From: Draconibacterium orientale
GTDB taxonomy: Bacteria; Bacteroidota; Bacteroidia; Bacteroidales; FEN-979
Length of the DNA stretch: 64,000 nucleotides
Assembly (NCBI GenBank): GCA_020718225.1
Contig: DYSO01000001.1
Coordinates: 10,968 to 74,967, forward strand
Direction: 5' to 3'
Positions within the stretch are counted from its first letter, which is position 1. Every line of letters begins with the position of its first letter. The translations under genes were made by a program, and so were the position numbers. Of the stretch, positions 26,785 to 35,583 are shown piece after piece. The notes beneath the pieces were generated by a model. That model was not told the DNA's origin. It did not search any database and worked only from the letters and a program-made list of their open reading frames with translations.

Positions 26785-27759
26785 ATGATCAAATCCGAAT
26801 ACCTTTCCCGTATCAACCGCGTGATGGATTATATCGAATCCAGGCTGGGAGAGACGCATACCCTCGAAGAGCTTGCCTCCGTGGCAAATTTCTCAAGGTT
26901 CCATTTTCACCGGATCTTCACCGCCATGACCGGCGAAACTCCTTTTCAGTTTTTGACCCGGCTGAGGATTGAAAAATCGGCAAACCTTCTTGTTAACAAC
27001 CCAGCCATTACCATCAGCGAAGTGGCTTTTCAATGTGGTTTTTCGAGTTTAGCGCTCTTTTCGAGAACTTTCCGGCAGACCTTCGATGCCTCTCCCAGCG
27101 CCTGGAGGCATAGCGGCTGTTCTTCCGGAAACGGATTGAAAAAGAGCGTCAGCAACCAGAGAAAAACAAATAGCAATCTGGGTCAAACGCTCAGCAATGA
27201 CAGAAAAAGCGGGACGGATTCCTCCATGTATTTTTGCCGGGAAACAAAAACCTTTAAATGGAGGACAACCATGAAACTGAACAAAAGTATGGAAGTAAAA
27301 CAGCTTCCGAAGATGACAGTGGCCTACCTGCGCCACACCGGCCCTTACCAGGGCAACGAAAAGCTATTTCAAAACCTGACAGAAGAACTCTGCCGATGGG
27401 CCGGGCCGCGGGGATTGCTGGCACAACCGGATATGAAATTGCTGGTAGTCTATCACGACGATCCCAAGGTGACCGAACAGGACAAACTCCGGCTGAGCAT
27501 GTGCCTGACCGTTCCGGGGCAGACCAAAGTGGATGGTAAGATCGGGAAAATGGAGATTGCAGCCGGAACCTATGCGGTGGGACGATTCGAAGTGAATAGC
27601 CAGGAATTCGGTGAAGCCTGGGACTGGCTTTATGGCACATGGCTCCCACAAAGCGGTTATCAGCCTGACGACGGCCCCTGCTTTGAGGTCTATCCCGAAG
27701 AACCTAAAGAGGGTGAAAAAATCAAAGTGGATATCTGCGTGCCGGTGAAACCGATGTAA
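26785..27759 (+). CDS. AraC-family transcriptional regulator with GyrI-like effector domain
   Basis: HTH_18 region LEELASVANFSRFHFHRIFTAMTGETPFQFLTRLRIEKSANLL...CGFSSLALFSRTFRQTF. The C-terminal ~160 aa (VAYLRHTGPY...FEVY) is GyrI/SbmC-like. Confidence 0.9.
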   Translation: MIKSEYLSRINRVMDYIESRLGETHTLEELASVANFSRFHFHRIFTAMTGETPFQFLTRLRIEKSANLLVNNPAITISEVAFQCGFSSLALFSRTFRQTFDASPSAWRHSGCSSGNGLKKSVSNQRKTNSNLGQTLSNDRKSGTDSSMYFCRETKTFKWRTTMKLNKSMEVKQLPKMTVAYLRHTGPYQGNEKLFQNLTEELCRWAGPRGLLAQPDMKLLVVYHDDPKVTEQDKLRLSMCLTVPGQTKVDGKIGKMEIAAGTYAVGRFEVNSQEFGEAWDWLYGTWLPQSGYQPDDGPCFEVYPEEPKEGEKIKVDICVPVKPM

Positions 27760-27966
27760 TTACTGAGGATCACTTCAGATACCTGTGTGAGGTTGATGAT
27801 GGTTTTGCGAGGATGCCCGCTCCTTCGTCGAAAAAGAATGCATCGATCTGTACCTGCCCGGCCTCAATCTGGTCGGACGGAACGAGAATTTCCTGCTGCC
27901 GGCGGATCCGCTTGTAATGGAAAAAAATAATAACTGTCAACCCGGCGTCTCAGTGTTTCATGACGT

Positions 27967-28788
27967 GTGAAAGTGATTAACCCATTTCGTATTTTTGTTT
28001 GTGATAATCCTTTCATTCCCTGGTTTTCGAAAAAAATGAATTCAACAATTGGTGCCTTTTTAGAAAATATCTGGCTTATCTTATTCATCGCGTGGGGATT
28101 GCCCCTGACTTTTTATCGAAGTAAATTCCGGAAAATCGTTTACCAAACCAATAGTTGGACGATCAACGTAAAACCATATTTCTGGAAAGAGCTGAAAGCG
28201 TTATTTGGTAATTTGTTTCCTGACAACCGGAATTATTTGAAATTCAGAAATTTTTACCGGTTTTATTTGATCATTTACCTGCTCTTATTCATATCATATT
28301 TAACTCTTAATCAACCTAATTCCATGAACGAAATTAAAATCGGAAGCACAATTCCTAATTTTGCTTTAAAGGATCAAAACGGAAATTTATTTGACATTTC
28401 ATCTGTTCTTGGTAAGAAAAGCATGGTGATTTATTTTTATCCAAAGGATGACAGCCCGGGCTGTACCAAGCAAGCTTGCTCATTTCGCGACCAGTTTGAC
28501 GTATTCACCGAAGCCGGTGCAGTGATTATTGGAATTAGCGGCCAATCGGTTGAAAGCCATAAAGAATTTGCCCAAAAACACAGGCTTGGTTTTACCTTGC
28601 TGAGTGACGAAGGGAATAAAATAAGAAAACTTTTTGGCGTCCCTACCAATTTGTTTGGATTATTACCTGGCCGTGTGACTTATGTAACTGATAAATCCGG
28701 GAAAGTAATCTACATTTTCAATTCCCAAACGCAAGCAGCAAAGCATGTAGATGAAGCATTAAAGATACTGAGGGATTTAAAGCAATAA
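27967..28788 (+). CDS. bcp: thiol peroxidase Bcp (peroxiredoxin), possibly with N-terminal membrane extension
   Basis: The catalytic domain starts at ATG 28324 (MNEIKIGSTIPNFALKDQNG...YFYPKDDSPGCTKQACSFRD). The same frame stays open back to GTG 27967 / ATG 28036 and encodes two hydrophobic helices. The true start is unresolved. Confidence 0.85.
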   Translation: MKVINPFRIFVCDNPFIPWFSKKMNSTIGAFLENIWLILFIAWGLPLTFYRSKFRKIVYQTNSWTINVKPYFWKELKALFGNLFPDNRNYLKFRNFYRFYLIIYLLLFISYLTLNQPNSMNEIKIGSTIPNFALKDQNGNLFDISSVLGKKSMVIYFYPKDDSPGCTKQACSFRDQFDVFTEAGAVIIGISGQSVESHKEFAQKHRLGFTLLSDEGNKIRKLFGVPTNLFGLLPGRVTYVTDKSGKVIYIFNSQTQAAKHVDEALKILRDLKQ

Positions 28789-29059
28789 AATAGAAAGTTT
28801 GCAAAACATATGCCTGAACCGCATACTGATCCCAGGCGGTCACAAAGATGATTTCACCCTGGAATTCCATCTTGTTCAGCAGGTCAAAACCCGTTTCTCC
28901 CCGAAGCTGGATATCGAGAAAAAGCAGTTCCGGATGAAGGTCGCGGATCTTCTCCAGCGCTTCGGCAACCCCGGAAGCTTCCGCAACAACTTCGATCCCG
29001 GGATGGTCCCGCAGCAGCCTGATCAGTTTCAGCCGTGCCAGACGCTCATCATCGATCAC
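28718..29059 (-). pseudogene. LytTR-type response regulator, receiver-domain fragment only
   Basis: (IQA)IVIDDERLARL...LLFLDIQLRGETGFDLL...IIFVTAWDQYAVQAY parallels the intact regulator at 33441. It then runs into the 3' end of bcp. No LytTR DNA-binding domain remains. Confidence 0.75.
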
Positions 29060-29087
29060 GATGGCTTGAATGGGATCACGCCCCCGT

Positions 29088-29273
29088 TCATCCGGGCAAC
29101 AATGCCCCCCTGCAATTGAGAGAATTGAATAAAAAATGAGGATTCAACTGGCTTTGAAGCAACTGCAGCCGCGCCTGAACCGCCAGTTTCTCCATTTCAC
29201 CGGATTTTATTTCCTGGGATACAATCCATTCATACATAAATACAATAAAATAGACCGACCCCCATACCAGCAT
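29088..29273 (-). pseudogene. LytS-type histidine kinase fragment
   Basis: A TM helix plus LQSQLNPHFLFNSLN (His_kinase H-box), then a stop after 8 more codons. About 200 aa of the ATPase half are missing. The frame is open upstream to the IS remnant with no start codon. Confidence 0.7.
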
Positions 29274-29317
29274 GGTCAGCAGATACTTAACCCGACTTGC
29301 ACCCTGTGCTCCGTAAC

Positions 29318-30021
29318 TTAGCCTGTGCCGGGCGGTTCGGTTTTTCGATCGACTGTTTCGGGTAACACAGATTTTTTGACAAAGGGGTAGTGTTTGTATC
29401 CTAAAGCATTGTAAATTTCGGTGGCGTTAGGTTCAGGGGCAGTGCATTTACGGATGAATATCTTTTGTTCGTTTTTATCTTTCACGGTTACCGTTGCTGC
29501 TTTCTGAGTATTCATGATGCGGACAATATGCGTCCAGTCGTGGTTGATGCCTTTGGCTTTTAACTGGTACCTGATGGCATGGACCATTTGATAGGCCAGC
29601 ACTGCCAGGTTCAGGTGTGCAACGGAGTTTTCATCGGTCTTGTGGAACACCGGCCGCATTTTCAAATCTGTTTTCAGGGTTCTGAACGGACTCAATTTCA
29701 CGAATGGTATTATAAATGCCCCAAAACCCTTTTTCATCAATCTGTATGACCGATGTGCACTGGGATATCGCTCTTTGAGACGACCAATGCGTTCCCAGAC
29801 TTTTACCAGCTTTATGGGCTTCATTGCGCTGAATGATCCTCTGGAATTCAGATCATCAAGGGTGGGCTCAAGGGTCGCTATTTCTCCGATATTTCCCCGG
29901 TATATTTTACTGTACTTGACAAAGCCTTCCACATTGACTACCAATGCAAGGGTGATCAATTTACAGTCCTGGCGTTTCTCTTTGCTTTTGGCAAACGAGG
30001 CCAGAATGAAAAGAAAGGTGG
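29318..30021 (-). mobile_element. IS1634/IS4-like DDE transposase remnant (internally deleted, no N-terminus)
   Basis: SKEKRQDCKLITLALVVNVEGFVKYSKIYRGNIGE resembles the (S/Y)SKDHRPDLKQ...G.P...F.GN segment. MRPVFHKTDENSVAHLNLAVLAYQMVHAIRYQL resembles the C-terminal E/K region. The catalytic middle is absent. The ORF-track N-terminus (to 30115) overlaps the ATPase gene and is probably not real. Confidence 0.55.
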
Positions 30022-31290
30022 TTAACCAAACAATCGGACAGACGGAATTGCCCAGGAACTTTTCCCGAAGGGTTCTATCCTGTTTCCACGATAAATGACG
30101 AATCCTCCCAGCCATTCTGGCGAAGCAGCTTCAGCAAGCCGGTTTAAATTTGTAAAATCAGATGCTGAAACAGTTTCGCGGCTTTTCACCTCAAAACCCA
30201 TGATTCCATGCTTCGTTTCCAACAGAAAATCGATTTCCATCCCCGACCTTGTACGATAGAAACTCAGTTTCGCTTCGGCTCTGGTCGACCGGATAAACTT
30301 CATCAACTCCGATGCGATATAATTCTCATATAGCTGGCCGTTATCAAGGTCAAAACCTAATCCCGAAAGATGGCGTAGCAACCCGTTGTCAAACCAGTAC
30401 AATTTTGGGGTTTTGACGAGACTGCTCGTCAGGTTCTTATGAAAAGGCTGGAGCAGGAATGTTTGGTAAGAGATCCGCAGGTATTCCATGTACCGCCTGG
30501 CCGTCTCAATTCCGATGCCTGCATCTTTTGCCAGTTCAGTATAGGAGAGCAGATTGGCTGCCCGTAAGGCTGAAATTTGCTGAAACTTCCGGAATGGTTT
30601 CAAATCATGCAGGCTGGCCAAATCAGCCAGGTCACGTTCGAGATAGGCCATCGCATAATCATTCAGCCAGAATCTTCTGTTCTGCGCAGTATCGATATGG
30701 ATCACCGGAGCCATTCCTCCCCAGGTATTGAGCCATGACTCTGCAGCTTTTGCCTGATCCCACTCCTTCCCCATGATGACTGATCCCTGAGTTTTCAGTA
30801 TCTTTTCCGGATTTCCGGATAAAATCAGGTTAAAGAGAAGCATCGATTCAAGAGCTATACCTCCGGGATTGATCAACTCTCCCAGCATGAATGGGAATAA
30901 CTCACGCAAGGTCACTCTGCCGGCCAGTGTTTCCTGGATATTCTTTAATAGCAGGATTTGAGAGGAACCTGTCAGCACAGAAAATTTCACTCCGCCATCA
31001 TCAAATGCAAACTTGATCTTATCAAACAGTCCGGGTTCTTTCTGAATTTCGTCAATCACAGCAACACCGACTTCACGCGCCCAACTGAAGGTACTAATGG
31101 CGCTTAACTGATCCCGAAACTCAATGGCATCCAGGTTATAATAGGGCAGTGTGTGGTATTGCTTCCTGACAAGGGATGTTTTTCCGGTCTGTCTGGCTCC
31201 TGTGAGCAGAAGGATTTGTCTGGCATCGGCATCCGGCAGCAGATGGGATGCTATTCTATTTATCTGTTTATTTTCCCACATGATGAGCAA
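30022..31290 (-). CDS. AAA+ ATPase with C-terminal DUF4143 (PD-(D/E)xK-like) domain
   Basis: Walker A LLLTGARQTGKTSL and Walker B VAVIDEIQ. C-terminal GMEIDFLLETKHGIMGFEVKS matches the ExD...EVK nuclease-fold pattern of the COG1373 family. Confidence 0.8.
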   Translation of the reverse strand: MLIMWENKQINRIASHLLPDADARQILLLTGARQTGKTSLVRKQYHTLPYYNLDAIEFRDQLSAISTFSWAREVGVAVIDEIQKEPGLFDKIKFAFDDGGVKFSVLTGSSQILLLKNIQETLAGRVTLRELFPFMLGELINPGGIALESMLLFNLILSGNPEKILKTQGSVIMGKEWDQAKAAESWLNTWGGMAPVIHIDTAQNRRFWLNDYAMAYLERDLADLASLHDLKPFRKFQQISALRAANLLSYTELAKDAGIGIETARRYMEYLRISYQTFLLQPFHKNLTSSLVKTPKLYWFDNGLLRHLSGLGFDLDNGQLYENYIASELMKFIRSTRAEAKLSFYRTRSGMEIDFLLETKHGIMGFEVKSRETVSASDFTNLNRLAEAASPEWLGGFVIYRGNRIEPFGKSSWAIPSVRLFG

Positions 31291-31512
31291 ATATACAGTT
31301 TTATTTTATTCAACGAATATATTATCTGCCTTTTTTCAGTAATATACCGGAAAATGCCTTTGAGGTGTTCAACCAGGCAAAGTATCAAGATTTACTGCTA
31401 AACAATCCGGATTGAGTCAGAAATTTATTGTCAAGCGTTTATCCCAAATTTCCAAACGTTCACATAAAACCTCCCCGCGTTCAGGTATTTCCTCCCTTTC
31501 CGGCCAACAGGG

Positions 31513-32155
31513 ATGATTACTTTGTACAAAAAAAACGCCATGAAAAGAATTGTCCTTCTTATCGCAATGATCCTGTCCGTGATCCTGTTGACTGCTCAGA
31601 TCAACAAAATTGACACCTTTTTCTACAGGCAGTCCCTTGGGAAGACCATGCTGGTAGATGTCTACTTTCCTCCTGGCTATGATGATCATCCAAACTGGTA
31701 TTACCCTGGAATTTATTGCCTTCCGGCATGGACAAGCAATCAAAATGAAATGGGGATATATTATCTCAGTTCCCTGCAAAATGCCATCAATACTAACCTG
31801 ATCGAATGGGTCGAATCCTCATTCCGGGTCATTCCTGAGCGTGATGCCCGTGGATTGATTGGTCAATCAATGGGAGCGAATGGGGCATTCCGATACTCCA
31901 TACTGCATAAAGATAAATTCAGGGCAATGGCCGGACACGCCGCAATTGTCACGGTGGACAAGAATTTATGGCTGTGGCGAAAACGATGATCTCTTATTGT
32001 ATCCGGCGAACCTGGCTTTACCCGATACACTTGAAATGTTGGAGCTGCCTTTCGAATTTTATTCTCATACCGGAGGACACAATATGCCGTCAGGTTTCAG
32101 GAACAGGGCTTATCTTTTCCTTGACTCTTTGATGGAAGGATGGCAGCGGATTTGA
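31513..32155 (+). pseudogene. esterase-family (alpha/beta hydrolase) pseudogene, frameshifted and shortened
   Basis: Frame 1 carries a signal peptide, VDVYFPPGY and the nucleophile elbow GQSMGANGAF. Frame 2 (from ~31960) carries IYGCGENDDLL...HTGGHNMPSGF. Two frames are needed and the segment between the motifs is too short. Confidence 0.7.
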
Positions 32156-32319
32156 CCTGATCCGGCATTTCGACAAACCCTTTTCAAGATCATCATTTTC
32201 TCCTCCTCCATCGATAATGCTGCACTGTTGGGAAACGGAATAGGGCGTTCGCCTGAAACAGCGGTTGGTCATGAACAATTCCGGTTTTGTCGAATATTCC
32301 GGTTCAATTCATCTGAACG

Positions 32320-33420
32320 ATGATCCGTTTACTAACTTTGTGTCAGGCTTATCCTTTTACCATGGTTTTATTTCCATCAAAAATCCGGAGGCTTTTAAAA
32401 CACCTGGCATTCTGGCTGTTTATTCTTGCCTTCCAGATTTCCCGATCCGGTTCGAAAATCATCGATACCAATTTACATGACTTCCGCTCCTTGCTGATCG
32501 AGCATAGCCTGATGCTGCCTTTACTGGTGATAATTTCCTATTTTTTTGCATATTATTTATTACCGCGCTTTTTATCTGCCAGCAGATATCTTCCCCTTTT
32601 CCTTCTTGCCATTTGCAGCGGGGCTTTCGCCATCATCATGATGAGGGTGATCCTGTACTTTTACGTTTTCCCTGAATTTTATCCGGCCTATTATGAGAAG
32701 TATCCAGGTTTCTGGAACTTCAATTTAGCCCAGTACACGTTTTATATTTTTTCAACAGTCGCCATTGTGGTCATGATCAAATATGCCAGCCAACTCCGGC
32801 GGGTGGAAAGAATAAGATACCAGCTCGAACAACAGAATTTATCCAGCGAATTGGCTTTGTTGCGTAGCCAGGTGAACCCTCACTTTTTATTCAATACCCT
32901 CAACAATATCAACGTACTGGTAAAAAAAGATCCCGAACTTACGCAGAAGTCAATTGTGAAACTAAGCGAAATCATGCGATATATGCTGATAGAAGCAGTA
33001 AACGAAAAAATACTCCTGACCAGGGAAATAGAATACCTGAACAATTATATAGGTCTATTGTCATTGCGTCTTGAACAATCTGGTTATATCCGGTTTACGG
33101 TTACCGGCGAAGGGCAGGGTGTTTTCATACCACCGATGTTGCTGGTTCCCTTTATTGAAAATGCCTTTAAACACGGATTTAAGGATGCCCCGGCCCCGGG
33201 TATTGTCGTACAACTCGGGATCGCCGAAGATAAAATATTATATTGTGTGGAAAATTTTATCAACCCCAATAAGATATCCGATACCCCCGACTCAAACGGG
33301 TTAGGGATGGCGAATCTTAAACGCCGGCTCGGATTGCTATATCCAGGCAAACATAAACTGGAAATTCATACGGATGGTAAGACTTACCGATGTAAACTTG
33401 AACTTGAAATCGACAAATAA
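32320..33420 (+). CDS. LytS/YehU-type sensor histidine kinase
   Basis: Multiple N-terminal TM helices, LRSQVNPHFLFNTLNNI, then an HATPase region PPMLLVPFIENAFKHG...GLGMANLKRRL. Confidence 0.88.
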   Translation: MIRLLTLCQAYPFTMVLFPSKIRRLLKHLAFWLFILAFQISRSGSKIIDTNLHDFRSLLIEHSLMLPLLVIISYFFAYYLLPRFLSASRYLPLFLLAICSGAFAIIMMRVILYFYVFPEFYPAYYEKYPGFWNFNLAQYTFYIFSTVAIVVMIKYASQLRRVERIRYQLEQQNLSSELALLRSQVNPHFLFNTLNNINVLVKKDPELTQKSIVKLSEIMRYMLIEAVNEKILLTREIEYLNNYIGLLSLRLEQSGYIRFTVTGEGQGVFIPPMLLVPFIENAFKHGFKDAPAPGIVVQLGIAEDKILYCVENFINPNKISDTPDSNGLGMANLKRRLGLLYPGKHKLEIHTDGKTYRCKLELEIDK

Positions 33421-33440
33421 TTCCCTTTATCAAAAAATAA

Positions 33441-34175
33441 TTGATTATGAAAATGACCTGTATCGCCGTTGATGATGAGCCCCTGGCGCTGGACCAGATG
33501 GTCGATTTTATTACAAAAATGCCTTGTCTCGACCTTAAGGCAACATTCAAAAAGGGCATAGATGCCATGATTTATATCAAGGAAAACAAAACAGACCTTG
33601 TTTTTCTGGATGTACACCTGGAAGATATCAGCGGAATACAAATTCTGAGAACCCTTAAACAAAAACCCTTTGTTATTCTGACGACAGCCTACGACCAGTA
33701 TGCCCTTGAAGGATATGAACTGGATGTCAATGACTACCTTCTGAAACCCATATCTTTTGAGCGGTTTGTCAAAGCAGTGGAGAAGATCCAGGATCTCGGT
33801 TCCCTTAACAGGCCTCCATCAGAACCCATTGCAGTTCCTGCGCTTCCCCCTGAATATATATTTGTCAAGGCCGATTATAAAATGCAGAAAATCATATTAA
33901 AAGATATTCTGTTTATTGAAGGTTACCGGGATTATATGAAATTTCATTTGTATCAGAAGAAGCCCGTGGTAAGTTTGCTTAGCTTCAGGAAAATTGAAAG
34001 CATCCTCCCTCATCAGGAGTTCGTCCGCATCCATAAATCCTTCCTCGTTTCTGTTGATAAAATAGATACCATCGGGAAAAATGCCGTGAAAATAGGTGAA
34101 CATACCATCCCGGTCGGAGAGGCGTTCAAAGAAAGTTTTTTCAAATACCTCGAGGAAAAAGAATTGCTGAAATAG
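33441..34175 (+). CDS. LytR/AlgR (LytTR) family response regulator
   Basis: Receiver domain (IAVDDEPLAL, LVFLDVHL, TTAYDQYALEGY) plus a LytTR domain (FVRIHKSFLVSVDKI). Confidence 0.92.
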   Translation: MIMKMTCIAVDDEPLALDQMVDFITKMPCLDLKATFKKGIDAMIYIKENKTDLVFLDVHLEDISGIQILRTLKQKPFVILTTAYDQYALEGYELDVNDYLLKPISFERFVKAVEKIQDLGSLNRPPSEPIAVPALPPEYIFVKADYKMQKIILKDILFIEGYRDYMKFHLYQKKPVVSLLSFRKIESILPHQEFVRIHKSFLVSVDKIDTIGKNAVKIGEHTIPVGEAFKESFFKYLEEKELLK

Positions 34176-34177
34176 CA

Positions 34178-35376
34178 TTACCTGAGAGCAACCTTGAATA
34201 ACTTCCATTTTTCGTCCGGCCCGATATCCTTCGACAGGAAATAGACTTCTCCTTTGAAAATTTTTATTTTTTCCGGGAATACAAAAGGCAGCCGCTGAAA
34301 TGGACCCGGATTCCCGGTTTCCAGATCGATTTTTTTCAGCCCTGTCAATCCGCCGGAGATATAAACAGCGTAGATATTTTTAAAAGCTTCATCCTGAAGA
34401 AGGGTTTTATTCCACTTCCACTGGTCATCACCGAGGAATGCCGTGGTGACGGAAGCCAACCATCCCTGCGTTTGTTCCTTGTGAAAATCAATGGGGTTAT
34501 TGCTTCAGCATCTACCGATCTTCTTTCATTTTCATCGATGGGATCGGGAATCGGCCGAAAGGTATGATAATTTACTGCATCGGTATAAAAGGTTCTCATT
34601 CCCTGATAATCTGCACTTCTGTGTGCATATTTGCGGCCTTCATCACGACTGTAATAACCGAAGGAAGTCATAAACCCCCTGGATGAATGCTCCAGGAAAT
34701 AAAGCCGGTTCTTCATAAAGAACCGGTATCCTCCCAGAAACCTCAGGATCGTGTCATAGGTAGTGTGATAGGGGAATTCTAACTTCCCCTGCGGCGGAAG
34801 ATAAATACACTGGTATGCATCATTCTTTTTGGTGATAAAATGCAGGTTCGATAAAACATCCTTATACAAGCCAAGTGGAGGAACAGCCGGTGTGGGAACG
34901 ACTGAAAGGGTATCACCATCAGTGGTCATCAACACCAGTTCCGAACGCCTGAGCTGATAACGGAATACCAACAACATCAGGTTATCACCCAGGAAATGAT
35001 AGTCAAGTACAGAATAATCCTCATCCTTGTAAAGTGTGATAACAGATTTATCTGAAATTGTCACCACATTCAGATCATACGTTTTTGTCTTCAGGAACAA
35101 GATAATGGGAGACTTTTGGATTTTACTGATCTCCAGCGTCAGGGGTTCATATCCCATGCATGAAAATTCCAGGATAAGGGGTAAGAATTCAAACTGAATA
35201 TTAAAACTCCCGTCACGATCGGTTACAGTCCCCTTATCGGTATCTTTGATCCGGATATGCGCATTTTGGATGGGAAGTCGGGAATTCTGTTCATATAAAA
35301 AGCCCCGGAAAAGACCAGTTTGAGCAAAGCAGCAGCTGGATAAAAGACAAAGCGTGATGATTAGTTCACGGCACAT
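34178..35376 (-). pseudogene. CarboxypepD_reg-like domain protein, interrupted by a frameshift near 34490-34525
   Basis: Signal peptide MCRELIITLCLLSSCCFAQ. GFLYEQNSRLPIQNAHIRIKDTDKGTVTDRDGSFNI is a CarboxypepD_reg-like pattern. The reading frame switches from ...DENERRSVDAEA to NPIDFHKEQTQGWLASVTTAFLGDDQWKW... in another frame. It could also be a sequencing error. Confidence 0.55.
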
Positions 35377-35583
35377 TAACTTGTTTTTCTTCCAAAGATA
35401 ATGTTTCAGCCAGCTCTGTTCAAGGAATATCAACCAACCCGGAAAAAGTTCAGACCAACCCGGTTTTTTATACTGGTTCAGCATTCACCGGCCGGAAATC
35501 AGGTTTTGTTGGTCCGTTGTCATATTTTACTGAAAAATGTTGTATTCCGGGTATCACGGGCTTACTTTCGTGCAAAAAACGAC

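Noticed and set aside
27780-27950. Start-less minus-strand reading frame (...WTVIIFFHYKRIRRQQEILVPSDQIEAGQVQIDAFFFDEGAGILAKPSSTSHRYLK*)
   Set aside because: It has no start codon and no recognisable family. It is mentioned only as a possible gene relic in the direct-repeat finding and is not annotated as a feature.
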